This document shows, one piece after another, positions 23,247 through 32,147 of a stretch of DNA of 64,000 bases. Within the stretch, counting starts at the first letter, position 1. Each line of letters begins with the position of its first letter. Both the position numbers and the translations under genes were made by a program. Under the pieces are notes generated by a model. The model was given only the letters and a program-made list of their open reading frames with translations. It searched no databases and was not told the origin of the DNA. This DNA comes from Candidatus Calditenuaceae archaeon. Its GTDB lineage: Archaea > Thermoproteota > Nitrososphaeria_A > Caldarchaeales > Calditenuaceae. Where the stretch lies: contig JANXEE010000015.1 of assembly GCA_025058225.1 (NCBI GenBank), positions 37,808-101,807 of the forward strand, given 5' to 3'.

Positions 23247-25310
23247 ATGTATATTATCTCAGCACTTCATCCTGTGCGGTTGCGAAACATCGTTTTTAGC
23301 TCCGTCGAGCACATAAGAGGTGTGGAGCTTCCGGCGAGGGATAACTTCGCTCTGCTGCCTCCGTGGACAGAGGTCGTGATGTATCTGGTGCTCCTGCCCT
23401 TCGCGGTGGTCTTCGCCTACGGTTTCTTTCAGAAGATGTCCGAGTACGGCTTGGAGGCGGTCAAGGCCGTACTCAGGAACCCTTTGCCCTGGATCAGGGG
23501 TGTGATGAGGTACGCGGTAACACAGAGGAAGCTCCTCAGGGAGCTGGGACCGGGGGTGATGCACGTCACGTTGAGCTATGGCATACTGGCGCTCTTCATC
23601 GGAACCGTCCTGGTCGCGATCGACTACGACATCTTCGAGAAGCTCGTCGGAGGCAAGCTGCTTCAGGGCGCAGGCTATCTCGTCTTCGAGGCGACTCTGG
23701 ACCTCTTCGGGGTGCTGCTGATGTACGGGGTCATCGTCGTCTTGGTCAGGAGGTACGCGGGTGAGAGGAGGCTCAGGTCAAGGCTCGAGTACTACTCCTA
23801 TCTCTACGGCATAGCCTTCATCGGGATCACAGGGTTCGTGCTGGAGGGCCTCAGGCTTTACCTGACGGACGTCCCGTGGGGCGGCTTCTCCTTCGTAGGT
23901 CAGGCCCTTTCTGTATCTCTTTCCACTCTCGGTGTTCCAGAGGCCCTAGCGGGGGAACTGTACCCGTGGTTGTGGTGGTCTCATGCGATCGTAGCGTTCT
24001 CACTGGTGGCAGCCATTCCTTACACGAACCTGCTCCACACGGTCGTCGCCGTCTTCTATGCAGGGCTTTCCTACTCTGCCCCGAGGCCTCCGGTCCTCGC
24101 GAAGACCCCCTTCAAGTTGGAGGAGCTCGACCCTGAGGCTGAGGTTCGCGTCGGCTTCCGGAAGGTGGGAGGACTGGACTGGTATCAGCGGATGGGGCTC
24201 GACGCCTGCACCGATTGCGGCCGCTGCGAGGCAGCATGTCCAGCGTTCGCTTCCGGCACTCCACTGTCCCCTAGGATGGTCGTCCAGAAGCTCAGGTTCG
24301 AGATGTGGCGCGCCCGCAGGGACGGTCAGCGGGATGTCTTCGAATCCGGCGTGCTGACGTATGAAGAGCTCTTCGCCTGCACCACCTGCGGCGCCTGCAC
24401 GGAGGTCTGTCCGGTTACCATCAGCCCGATGGAGTACATTCTGGAGGCGCGGAGGGCCCTGACGTTCGAGGGTAGGCTCGAGAAGAGGGCGGTGGAGGCG
24501 CTGACCAACCTCGGCAGGACCGGCAACATGTACGGTCTTCAACCGTCGGCACGACAGGAACTCCTCTCGGAGCTCAGGGCCCTCGGCGTCAAGACGATCG
24601 AGGAGCACCCGGACGCCGAGTACGTCTACTGGGTCGGATGCCTGTCCACGTTCGACCAGAGGGCCAGGCAGATCACCAAGAGGCTGTCGGAGACCCTCGT
24701 CAAGGCGGGACTGAACTTCGCGGTGCTGGGCCCCAGCGAGTCCTGCACGGGCGAGTCGGCCAGAAGAATGGGCGAGGAGGGGAGGTTCCAGGAGCAGGCC
24801 TACAGGAACGTCGAGACGCTCAGGGCCCTCAACGCGAAGAAGGTCATCACCCACTGCCCCCACTGCTATCAGGTCCTTAGGAACGAGTACAGGGAGTTCG
24901 GGTTAGACCTGCAGGTCGTCCACCACTCGGTTCTGCTGGGAGAGCTCGTTAGGGCCGGGAAGATCAAGGTGAGAGAGGCGATGGCCGTCACCCTACACGA
25001 CTCCTGCTACATCGCGCGCCATAACGGGATCGTGGAGGAGCCGAGGGTTGCGCTCTCAGGCACCGAGGTCAGGGAGATGCCCAGGAGGGGAAGGGATACG
25101 TTCTGCTGCGGCGGAGGCGGAGGCAACTACTGGTACGAGGTAAAGCGAATCAAGCGCGAGAGCGTCCAGAGGGTCGAGGAGGCCATGAGCACCGGTGCGA
25201 AGGTGATAGTCACTGAGTGCCCCTTCTGCTTGGCCATGATGGAGGACGCCGTACGCGTTATGGGCGCCGAGGGGAAGGTCGAGGTAAAGGACATCGCGGA
25301 GCTCTTCTGA
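23247..25310 (+). CDS. Membrane-bound Fe-S oxidoreductase: NarI/HdrE-like cytochrome b domain fused to an HdrD-like domain (2x[4Fe-4S] plus two CCG domains)
   Basis: The N-terminal part has about 5 TM helices with His in TM2 and TM5. Cys motifs: CTDCGRCEAACP, CTTCGACTEVCP; CCG-type motifs CTGESARR, CPHC, CCGGGGG, CPFC. The start is uncertain: ATG 23247 or in-frame GTG 23322. The listed 22872 start overlaps the NUDIX gene antisense. Confidence 0.8.
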   Translation: MYIISALHPVRLRNIVFSSVEHIRGVELPARDNFALLPPWTEVVMYLVLLPFAVVFAYGFFQKMSEYGLEAVKAVLRNPLPWIRGVMRYAVTQRKLLRELGPGVMHVTLSYGILALFIGTVLVAIDYDIFEKLVGGKLLQGAGYLVFEATLDLFGVLLMYGVIVVLVRRYAGERRLRSRLEYYSYLYGIAFIGITGFVLEGLRLYLTDVPWGGFSFVGQALSVSLSTLGVPEALAGELYPWLWWSHAIVAFSLVAAIPYTNLLHTVVAVFYAGLSYSAPRPPVLAKTPFKLEELDPEAEVRVGFRKVGGLDWYQRMGLDACTDCGRCEAACPAFASGTPLSPRMVVQKLRFEMWRARRDGQRDVFESGVLTYEELFACTTCGACTEVCPVTISPMEYILEARRALTFEGRLEKRAVEALTNLGRTGNMYGLQPSARQELLSELRALGVKTIEEHPDAEYVYWVGCLSTFDQRARQITKRLSETLVKAGLNFAVLGPSESCTGESARRMGEEGRFQEQAYRNVETLRALNAKKVITHCPHCYQVLRNEYREFGLDLQVVHHSVLLGELVRAGKIKVREAMAVTLHDSCYIARHNGIVEEPRVALSGTEVREMPRRGRDTFCCGGGGGNYWYEVKRIKRESVQRVEEAMSTGAKVIVTECPFCLAMMEDAVRVMGAEGKVEVKDIAELF

Positions 25311-25314
25311 GCCC

Positions 25315-26475
25315 TCACAGGATCAGCATCAGCAGCGCTATCAACGGCACCTCGATCAGTATCGCCCTCGTCAGCAACGGGTAAACTTCGTTGAGGGGGG
25401 TCTTGAAGTACTCTGACGAGAGGACGAAACAGCTGTGCGCCGGGCTCAGCATGACGCCGATGTGGCCTCCGGCGAATGCTAAACCGACCATGTAACCGTC
25501 CAGCAGTCCCAACAGAGGAGGAAAGGTCAGCGCGACGAACGCGAACTCTATCCCGGTAGCCAAGCCTATGATCAGGGGCACCGTGAAGACCGCGATCGGT
25601 CCGTACGGTCCCAGCATCTCCGCGAGGTCCACGTTAAGGCCTGTCGCCACGATGTAGTTCGAGAAGACCAGCGAGCCTATTATTATCATCATGACGTTTG
25701 GGTTGGTTCCAAGCTTGAAGGCCTCAACGAACTCCTTGAAGCTCATCCTGCTCTGAATCACGTAGGCAAGGAGGGTCAGCCCTATCGCAAGAGGTAAGGG
25801 CAGCAGGAACGAGAGCACCGCCACCAGCCCCAGAGGCCACAGCGACACAAGGTCTCCCAGCAGGCCGAGGTCGTCCACCGGACGGAGCTTGGGTATCATC
25901 ACTAACCCGGCGATCGCCGCGGCCAGCGCGGCCGGCCACGTCCTCGAGATCACCTCGACGACCCCTACGTGGAGCACCGCCGACGCCAGGATTACCCCCT
26001 GGTACAGCGGCCAAACGGAGATCCAGATGTGTCGCCACCAGTAGTTGACGAAGGTCCTGACCTTCTTGTCCATGTGAACCCTCTCGTAGAGCTGATCCGC
26101 TATGGTCGCCGAGACGTAGGCCCCACCGGGCATGGGGAGCAAACCGATCGTGGCGGGGATCCCGATAGCCGCAGCCCTAGTTCCAAGCTTCACCATACCC
26201 CTGTAGATCCGCTCGCCGTCCCGCCTCATAGCATGCGAGAGGGTCATGGAGAAGACCAGAGACGTTGCGACCTCTAACATCCTCTGATTGAAGGAACTGA
26301 TCGTGGCGTTCAGCAACTCGAGAGGCTGGAGTGAGGCGAACCCGAACAGCAGGGCGCCAACCGCCACCGCGTAACCCACCTTCATGCGCCTCGTTAGGAC
26401 GAGCGTCACGATGACGGCGACCGATGCGCAGAACAGCAATATCTCGTAATACTTCAAACCCGCTGAACGTACCAA
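25315..26475 (-). CDS. Polytopic membrane protein, DUF401-like putative transporter (family tentative)
   Basis: 386 aa with 10 or more TM helices. The motif IGLLPMPGGAYVSA resembles the DUF401 signature. Confidence 0.6.
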   Translation of the reverse strand: MVRSAGLKYYEILLFCASVAVIVTLVLTRRMKVGYAVAVGALLFGFASLQPLELLNATISSFNQRMLEVATSLVFSMTLSHAMRRDGERIYRGMVKLGTRAAAIGIPATIGLLPMPGGAYVSATIADQLYERVHMDKKVRTFVNYWWRHIWISVWPLYQGVILASAVLHVGVVEVISRTWPAALAAAIAGLVMIPKLRPVDDLGLLGDLVSLWPLGLVAVLSFLLPLPLAIGLTLLAYVIQSRMSFKEFVEAFKLGTNPNVMMIIIGSLVFSNYIVATGLNVDLAEMLGPYGPIAVFTVPLIIGLATGIEFAFVALTFPPLLGLLDGYMVGLAFAGGHIGVMLSPAHSCFVLSSEYFKTPLNEVYPLLTRAILIEVPLIALLMLIL

Positions 26476-26584
26476 TTAACACCGGCATGTATTAACCCTT
26501 CTTATTTAGGAGGTTGAGGAGCCACATTACTAGCATTTAATAGACACCGCGTGAATGAAAAGGTCACGAGAAGTGTGAACGCGT

Positions 26585-27016
26585 TTGAGCAAGGTGGAGA
26601 GAATCGAGAACCTGAACCCTAGTTCTAGGGGCGTGAACTTGGTCGCAAAGGTCGTCTCGAAGTCTGAGCCAAGAGTTGTCAGCAGCCAGTACGACGACGC
26701 GAACCACAAGTTGTCCATCGCTACGATAGCCGACGGGAGCGGCGCTATCTCGCTGGTCCTTTGGGACGACGACATCGATAAAGTGGAGGTGGGTAGTACC
26801 GTTAAGATAACGAACGCTTACGTTAAGGTCTTCAAGGGAAAGATGCAACTGAACCTCGGAAGGTACGGCAGCATCGAGACCGTCTCTGAGGAGATCGGTG
26901 ACGTCAACCTCGAGAACAACCTCTCCGAGAAGACCGTACCAGCCGGTGGGTTCTTCAACCCCTCTCGATCTAGGACTCCTAGAAGAAGGTCCGACCGGTT
27001 TAGGTCTGAGCTCTGA
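26585..27016 (+). CDS. ssb: Single-stranded DNA-binding protein, crenarchaeal single-OB type with a basic flexible tail
   Basis: 143 aa. IENLNPSSRGVNLVAKVVSKSE ... IATIADGSGAISLVLWDD ... VKITNAYVKVFKGKMQLNLG parallels Saccharolobus SSB. It has an R/S/P-rich C-terminal tail. TTG start (GTG 4 codons later is possible). Confidence 0.8.
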   Translation: MSKVERIENLNPSSRGVNLVAKVVSKSEPRVVSSQYDDANHKLSIATIADGSGAISLVLWDDDIDKVEVGSTVKITNAYVKVFKGKMQLNLGRYGSIETVSEEIGDVNLENNLSEKTVPAGGFFNPSRSRTPRRRSDRFRSEL

Positions 27017-27053
27017 GAGCTATTTTATCAAAGACCTCGAATCTAAACTTACC

Positions 27054-27060
27054 TTTTTTT
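27054..27060 (+). terminator. Oligo-T tract (T7) downstream of ssb, a candidate archaeal intrinsic terminator
   Basis: ACCTTTTTTTAAG lies 38 nt after the ssb stop, in an AT-rich spacer between convergent genes. Confidence 0.4.
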
Positions 27061-27092
27061 AAGTTTGTCGCCCGGCGTTAGAACCGCAGGTC

Positions 27093-28424
27093 TTAGTCCT
27101 TGGACGGTCTCCCCGGTCTGACCAATAGGAGGCCGTTCCGTTTTCCGACGACCGTGACCTCATCGCCCTTCTTGACCTCCTCAACCGCGATAGCCTTCCT
27201 GTACTCACCCCCGATCACCACGTAACCGACCGAACCTGAAGCGATGTCCTCCGCGGCCCTCCCGTACTCCTCCAGAGCCATCTGAAGCGTCTTCCGCCTA
27301 GTAACTCTGGCCACCTTGTAAATGATGAAACCCGCGAACGCGCCGGCGAAGGTTCCCACCAGTATCACGCTTGTCATGGCCTCCTCAAGCCAAGTCTGTG
27401 CGATGTAGATCACCCCGGGCGGTGACCTGATGAGGAGTATCGAACCGAGCACCATTAAACCGATGCCGAACGGGAGCGCGATAAGCGTCCCCCCGGTGTA
27501 GATCTCGTATAGTATCAAGACCGATCCTAGAATTATGATACCTAGCCCAACGAGGTTCACGCTGAACCCTTGTCCCACAAGTCCAAGCAGTATCAGTATT
27601 CCCCCCACCAGCTCGGTACCGATGCCGGGGTTGGTCAGTCCTACGATCAGTATGAGGAAACCTAGTGACGTTAGGAGCGTAGAGAGTATCGGGTCGCTGA
27701 GGAAGTGAAGAACTTCAGACCTCACGTCCTTCGAAACTCTCTCCACCACAGCACCCCTCAAGTACAGCGTTGCCTCGCCTCCAAGCCTCTTTACGACCCT
27801 GCCGTGCGCCTTCTCCAGGAGATCACCCACGTCATTAGCGACTAAGTCTATCACTCCTCTGTTAAGCGCCGCATCGGGCCCCAGATTGTCGTTGTGTGTC
27901 ACGAACCTCGCCGCTTGAGTCTCGTTACGGCCGTGAACCCTCGCCATGGTCCTCATCTTCTCGACCAGGAAGTTGATCAGCTTGGGGTCCTCCGAGGGCA
28001 CGCCGTTGACTACCGGTTGAGCGGATCCTATTATCGTGTAAGGCGCCATCACCGCGAGGTCTGCTGCCATGAGGATGTAGGTCCCTGCGGAGAGCGCCTG
28101 TGCGCCTGAGGGGTAGACGAACACGATAACAGGTGTGGGTGACGACATTATCGCGTCGACTATTGTCAGCGTCGGGTCTCCGAGTCCACCGAACGTATTG
28201 ATCGTTATGATCACCGCGTCATAGAAGTTCGATGTTGAGAGGAACTGTACGATCCACTCGGCGATGGCTGTCGAGATGTAACCCTGGACCTCCAGCAGGG
28301 CGACGCGCGGTCTCGGTTGGGATTGAGCTGAGACGAAGTTGAACGCCAGTACGAGCAGGAAGATCAGCAGGAGTACCTGGGCTGACCTCTTGCCTCTACT
28401 GGGATTCTCCCTTCTTAATCTCAT
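27093..28424 (-). CDS. NfeD-family membrane-bound serine protease (ClpP-class N-domain, multi-TM middle, C-terminal OB/NfeD domain)
   Basis: 443 aa. VIITINTFGGL ... SGAQALSAGTYILMAADLAVMAPYTIIGSAQPV matches the PH1510-type protease domain. About 5 TM helices and a C-terminal OB (VVIGGEYRKAIAVEEVKKGDEVTVVG). Confidence 0.85.
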   Translation of the reverse strand: MRLRRENPSRGKRSAQVLLLIFLLVLAFNFVSAQSQPRPRVALLEVQGYISTAIAEWIVQFLSTSNFYDAVIITINTFGGLGDPTLTIVDAIMSSPTPVIVFVYPSGAQALSAGTYILMAADLAVMAPYTIIGSAQPVVNGVPSEDPKLINFLVEKMRTMARVHGRNETQAARFVTHNDNLGPDAALNRGVIDLVANDVGDLLEKAHGRVVKRLGGEATLYLRGAVVERVSKDVRSEVLHFLSDPILSTLLTSLGFLILIVGLTNPGIGTELVGGILILLGLVGQGFSVNLVGLGIIILGSVLILYEIYTGGTLIALPFGIGLMVLGSILLIRSPPGVIYIAQTWLEEAMTSVILVGTFAGAFAGFIIYKVARVTRRKTLQMALEEYGRAAEDIASGSVGYVVIGGEYRKAIAVEEVKKGDEVTVVGKRNGLLLVRPGRPSKD

Positions 28425-29232
28425 GTCCCGCTACTCCGGCGGCAGTTGCTATCACTCCCCCAATTTCGCGGCCCTCCGTGACTATGATCAGGTTCTTCTC
28501 CCTCGCGATCTCAGTCCAGGTCTGGAGCTCCCTGAGCCTCAGTGCTATCGGGTTCGCTGCGTAGGCCATCGCGGCCTCTGCCATCTTCTGGGCCGCGAGG
28601 TACTCGCCCTCTGCCATGATCACCCTGCTCCTCCTCTCCCTCTCGGCCTCGGCCTGCTTCGCGATCGCCCTCTGCATGTCGGCTGGGAGCGCCACGTCCC
28701 TTATCGCGACCGCGGTTATCTTCACGCCCCAAGGCTCCGTTGCCTCGTCGAGTATCCGCTGGATCCGGACGTTGAGCTCGTCCCTCTTGGTGAGGAGGTC
28801 GTCCAGCTCGACTTGGCCTATCACGTCCCTTAGCGTCGTCATCGACAGCATGCTCGAAGCCATCAGGAAGTCCCTCACCCTCAGAACTGCTGCCTGCGGG
28901 TCCTGGACCCTCATGAAGACCACAGCGTCGACCTCAACCGTGACGTTGTCCTTGGTAACGATCTTCTGCTTCGGGACGTCCAGCGAGACGATCCTGAGGT
29001 CTATCACCCTCGGAGAGTCGATGATCGGTATGAGGAATATCAGTCCCGGCCCCTTTATGCCTATCATCCGGCCTAACCTGAACACGACGACCCTCTCGTA
29101 TTCTTTCACGACCCTTATCGCGGCCCTCAGGAGCGCCAGGACTATTATCACAAGTATCAGTAACCCGAATAGCGTTCCGACACCAACTTGTAACGCGAAC
29201 GTCATCTTTTCGGAATTATAACTCACGAGCAC
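28396..29232 (-). CDS. Stomatin/SPFH (band 7) protein
   Basis: 278 aa with an N-terminal hairpin anchor. VKEYERVVVFRLGR ... GPGLIFLIPIID ... VPKQKIVTKDNVTVEVDAVVFMRV, plus a coiled-coil AEAERERR region. The 3' end overlaps nfeD by 29 nt. Confidence 0.9.
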   Translation of the reverse strand: MLVSYNSEKMTFALQVGVGTLFGLLILVIIVLALLRAAIRVVKEYERVVVFRLGRMIGIKGPGLIFLIPIIDSPRVIDLRIVSLDVPKQKIVTKDNVTVEVDAVVFMRVQDPQAAVLRVRDFLMASSMLSMTTLRDVIGQVELDDLLTKRDELNVRIQRILDEATEPWGVKITAVAIRDVALPADMQRAIAKQAEAERERRSRVIMAEGEYLAAQKMAEAAMAYAANPIALRLRELQTWTEIAREKNLIIVTEGREIGGVIATAAGVAGHEIKKGESQ

Positions 29233-29263
29233 GTAATAAGGTGTTACCCTTCAGGCAGAGGTG

Positions 29264-30700
29264 TTAGCCAGAAGTCGCAGCGCCCTCCTTCCGTACGATC
29301 CTGCGTCTGGTCTCGCCCCGCGTCAGAAGACATGAGTCCAGTACCCTGAAGGTCATCGGCAGGTAACTGAAGGCTTTACCCCATACTAGGACCTGTCCCT
29401 TCTCGAGGTTTGGGAGTATCGCCCTCAGGGTCTCAGCGTCCACGTCGAGGTTCCTAGCGAGGTGTTCTATGTCTGAGCCGTTGCGCAGGTTGAAGGCGAA
29501 TACGTTATCGGCCTGTCTGTAGATCAGGGCAGGTATCGAGTCGGGCTGATTCGTGATGAGCACCGTTGAGATGCCTATGTGCCTCATCCTCGTCACGACG
29601 TCCTCCCAGTAGGTCTCCCTCAGGTACAGGTGCGCCTCCTCCGCGAAGAGTATCAGCGGATCGAGCTCCCCGGAGAAGAGCTTCTCTCTGAGGCAACTCA
29701 ACACGTACTCCACCAGTATCCTCCTCTGCAGGGAGCTGAGGCAGCTCATGTCGAGCACCACCAACCTGCCGTCCTCGGTCGAGAGGGCTTCGAGAAGTTT
29801 TTCGTCAAGGGTCGCTTCGTCGGAGAATAGGCCTGATGCTTCGAGCGTTGAGAGTCTGTTGAGGATCGCGTCCCTCACCGACTCGTTCATCGGTGCTGTG
29901 GACACGACCCTGTGCAACGACCTGAAGCTAAGTCTACCCCTCTCCCTCGCGTCCCTGCAGGCCCTCAGAAGCTCCCTCAGGCTGGTCTGTGGAAGGCCGA
30001 GCGCAAAAGTCATGACGTCCGCGAGCACCTCCTGTGAGACCTTGGAGAGCGGTATGAGGTAGTCTACCCCGGGCGACAGCGTGATGAGCCTGTTGTTGAC
30101 GTAGCTTTGACCTCCGTCCTTCGTAACCCCGAGGGAGACGTACTCTCCGTTCAGGTCGAACACCAGCACCACGTAGCCGATGGTGGCCAGAGAGGTCGCA
30201 AGAAGTTTAGCCAGGTGAGACTTACCCGATTCCTTCCTTCCCGTGATGATCGTGACGCTGCCCTCTACGTCCCTCGGGTCGATCAGCACCTCTTCTCCTA
30301 TCTGAACGAGTGTCTCTCTGGCCCTAGGCTGCGTTCCGATTATCTCATGAGGTGATGCCTTCCTGACCTTAGTACCGTACCTGGAGGGAAGGGAGATGGA
30401 GGGACAGCCGATCACCTTCCTGAGCTTCGTGATCACGAGCCTCGAGTCCCTAATCGCCCTCACGTGGGACTCCACGTCCATCGGATCGTATCTGATCAGA
30501 CCCCCCAGCGTGTCCGAAGTGAGATCCCGCAGGGTCTCCTCAAGAGTCCCGGGGACGTCGGCGTACTCAACGTCTATCACCTGAAGGACGAGCGTGCTGT
30601 TGCCGTCGGAGGCCAATACGTATTCTCCCCTTTCCAGGTCGAGATCGCGCCCCAACGCCATGAGCTCCACTCTGTCTCCGACCTTCCGATAGATCCTCAT
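29264..30700 (-). CDS. HerA-like hexameric ATPase/helicase (HAS-barrel plus FtsK/HerA-type P-loop)
   Basis: 478 aa. N-terminal barrel (GEYVLASDGNSTLVLQVIDV), Walker A ITGRKESGKSHLAK, VLVFDLNGEY, Walker B-type LILFAEEAHLYL, ISTVLITNQPDSIP. Confidence 0.8.
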   Translation of the reverse strand: MRIYRKVGDRVELMALGRDLDLERGEYVLASDGNSTLVLQVIDVEYADVPGTLEETLRDLTSDTLGGLIRYDPMDVESHVRAIRDSRLVITKLRKVIGCPSISLPSRYGTKVRKASPHEIIGTQPRARETLVQIGEEVLIDPRDVEGSVTIITGRKESGKSHLAKLLATSLATIGYVVLVFDLNGEYVSLGVTKDGGQSYVNNRLITLSPGVDYLIPLSKVSQEVLADVMTFALGLPQTSLRELLRACRDARERGRLSFRSLHRVVSTAPMNESVRDAILNRLSTLEASGLFSDEATLDEKLLEALSTEDGRLVVLDMSCLSSLQRRILVEYVLSCLREKLFSGELDPLILFAEEAHLYLRETYWEDVVTRMRHIGISTVLITNQPDSIPALIYRQADNVFAFNLRNGSDIEHLARNLDVDAETLRAILPNLEKGQVLVWGKAFSYLPMTFRVLDSCLLTRGETRRRIVRKEGAATSG

Positions 30701-31623
30701 GTCCCATCAAAGGGAGATAGCACCGCAGCCCTAACGTTGAGGGCCTGTAACGCGTCAACGCCGAGCTTCCGCGTCAACTGCGACCTTAGCGCTGAGATCT
30801 CCGACCAGCCCTGTCTAGAGTATGCGTGGGCGATGGTAAGCGTCTCCGGATAACCGGAGATAAGGACGTCGCTAGATATCAGGTCGCTGAGCGTCTCCTT
30901 CCACCTTCTCACCGACCAGACGTCAACCCTCAGAGGCAGGCCATCGGGCGATAACTTCGAAAGCGTCACCACCGGACGGTCCTCCCTCACCACCAAGGCC
31001 ACCTCCTTTAACCCAGTCAGTTGTCTCTGAAGGCCTTGCAGCTTCAGTGCCAATAGGCTCGACTTCGTAACGCCGATCAAGTCCTTACCGGTGGAGGACT
31101 CCTGGACGGCCCGCTCGACTTTCGTGAGCGGGGAGTCGAGGAGCAGCAGCTCGGCGTCGGTGTAGGTCGCCGCATAGACTTGAAGGGAGCGCTCGAACCA
31201 CCTGAGCTCGCGTAAGATGGCTGACTCTCCACCCACGTCATCGAGTCCGTCAAGCGGCACGTACTTCGGCACCGGACCGAACACCGTCACCTCGAGCTTG
31301 TCGTCGGACCTCCTCACCACCACACCCTTCAGGGAGATCAGCGCACCAGACCCCCAGAGGCCCGCCTTGATCACCGAGGCGTCGACCGCAGCCAACCTCC
31401 TTTCAACTCCTGGTTCCAGCTCAACGACATCGCGGACCCTCACGTCGGTCAGCTGATGGAGGTCCTCGTTGCCGTCATCAGTCGCCAGCACGACCGGCTG
31501 AACTTCACGCCCCCTCCTCGGGAAGGACAGAAGGCACTCCTCCACAATATTCATAAATAGTGGTGCGTCCTCTTGAAGGTTGATGCGGCCCATGATGTCC
31601 ATCATATTGGACCAGTCTCTCAT
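30697..31623 (-). CDS. NurA-like nuclease (RNase H-fold; assigned from motif pattern only)
   Basis: 308 aa. ATGA overlap with the HerA-like gene. Candidate catalytic motifs lie in NurA order: LAAVDASV, ILRELRWFERS, LLLLDSPL, SGYPETLTIAHAYS. Confidence 0.6.
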   Translation of the reverse strand: MRDWSNMMDIMGRINLQEDAPLFMNIVEECLLSFPRRGREVQPVVLATDDGNEDLHQLTDVRVRDVVELEPGVERRLAAVDASVIKAGLWGSGALISLKGVVVRRSDDKLEVTVFGPVPKYVPLDGLDDVGGESAILRELRWFERSLQVYAATYTDAELLLLDSPLTKVERAVQESSTGKDLIGVTKSSLLALKLQGLQRQLTGLKEVALVVREDRPVVTLSKLSPDGLPLRVDVWSVRRWKETLSDLISSDVLISGYPETLTIAHAYSRQGWSEISALRSQLTRKLGVDALQALNVRAAVLSPFDGT

Positions 31624-31670
31624 GAACCATCAATTGATTCAACATCGGTATTTAATAAATCTATATTCAG
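31624..31670. promoter_or_regulatory. AT-rich divergent promoter spacer with TATA-like boxes
   Basis: A 47-nt gap, ACCATCAATTGATTCAACATCGGTATTTAATAAATCTATATTCAGG, lies between divergent starts. The spacing implies short or absent 5' leaders on both sides. Confidence 0.4.
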
Positions 31671-32147
31671 GTGAGGCCGATGTTTCAGGAAAATTCAGCT
31701 GAAAAAGTCAAGGTGAGGCTCAAGGTCGGCACCTATGAGGTCGAGATTGAGGCCGGTCTGGACCAGATCGAGGAGGGGGTGAGGAGGGTCGTTGAGGCCC
31801 TCAGAGCAGAGGAGGGTGCGGCCGTTCAGCGCGCGGTGAAGGATCAGGAGCGGGTCAGGCCCCAGACGTGCAGGCAGGTGATTGAGAAGCTGGTGGCAGA
31901 GGGTTTCTTCGCTGAACCCAGGGCCCTGTCCGACGTTACTAGGGAGGTTGCGAGGAGGGGTTACGGGTTCGACTCGACTGCGGTCGGACACGTGCTCTTG
32001 GATCTGGTGAGAGAGGAGAAACTCGTGAGGGAGGGCGCACCGAGGAGGTACGTCTACGTCGCGCCGTTGATGCCTCCATCGGCTGACGTCACAACCTCGT
32101 CCGCTCGCCAAGCCTCTCAACTAGAGCCTGAAGGCCGTGCTTCGTGA
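31671..32147 (+). CDS. Hypothetical protein: small N-terminal beta/alpha module plus C-terminal winged-helix-like domain
   Basis: 158 aa. KVKVRLKVGTYEVEIEAGLDQIEEGVRRVVEAL, then IEKLVAEGFF ... LSDVTREVARRGYGFDSTAVGHVLLDLVREEKLVREG. The low-complexity tail overlaps the convergent gene. Confidence 0.5.
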   Translation: MRPMFQENSAEKVKVRLKVGTYEVEIEAGLDQIEEGVRRVVEALRAEEGAAVQRAVKDQERVRPQTCRQVIEKLVAEGFFAEPRALSDVTREVARRGYGFDSTAVGHVLLDLVREEKLVREGAPRRYVYVAPLMPPSADVTTSSARQASQLEPEGRAS

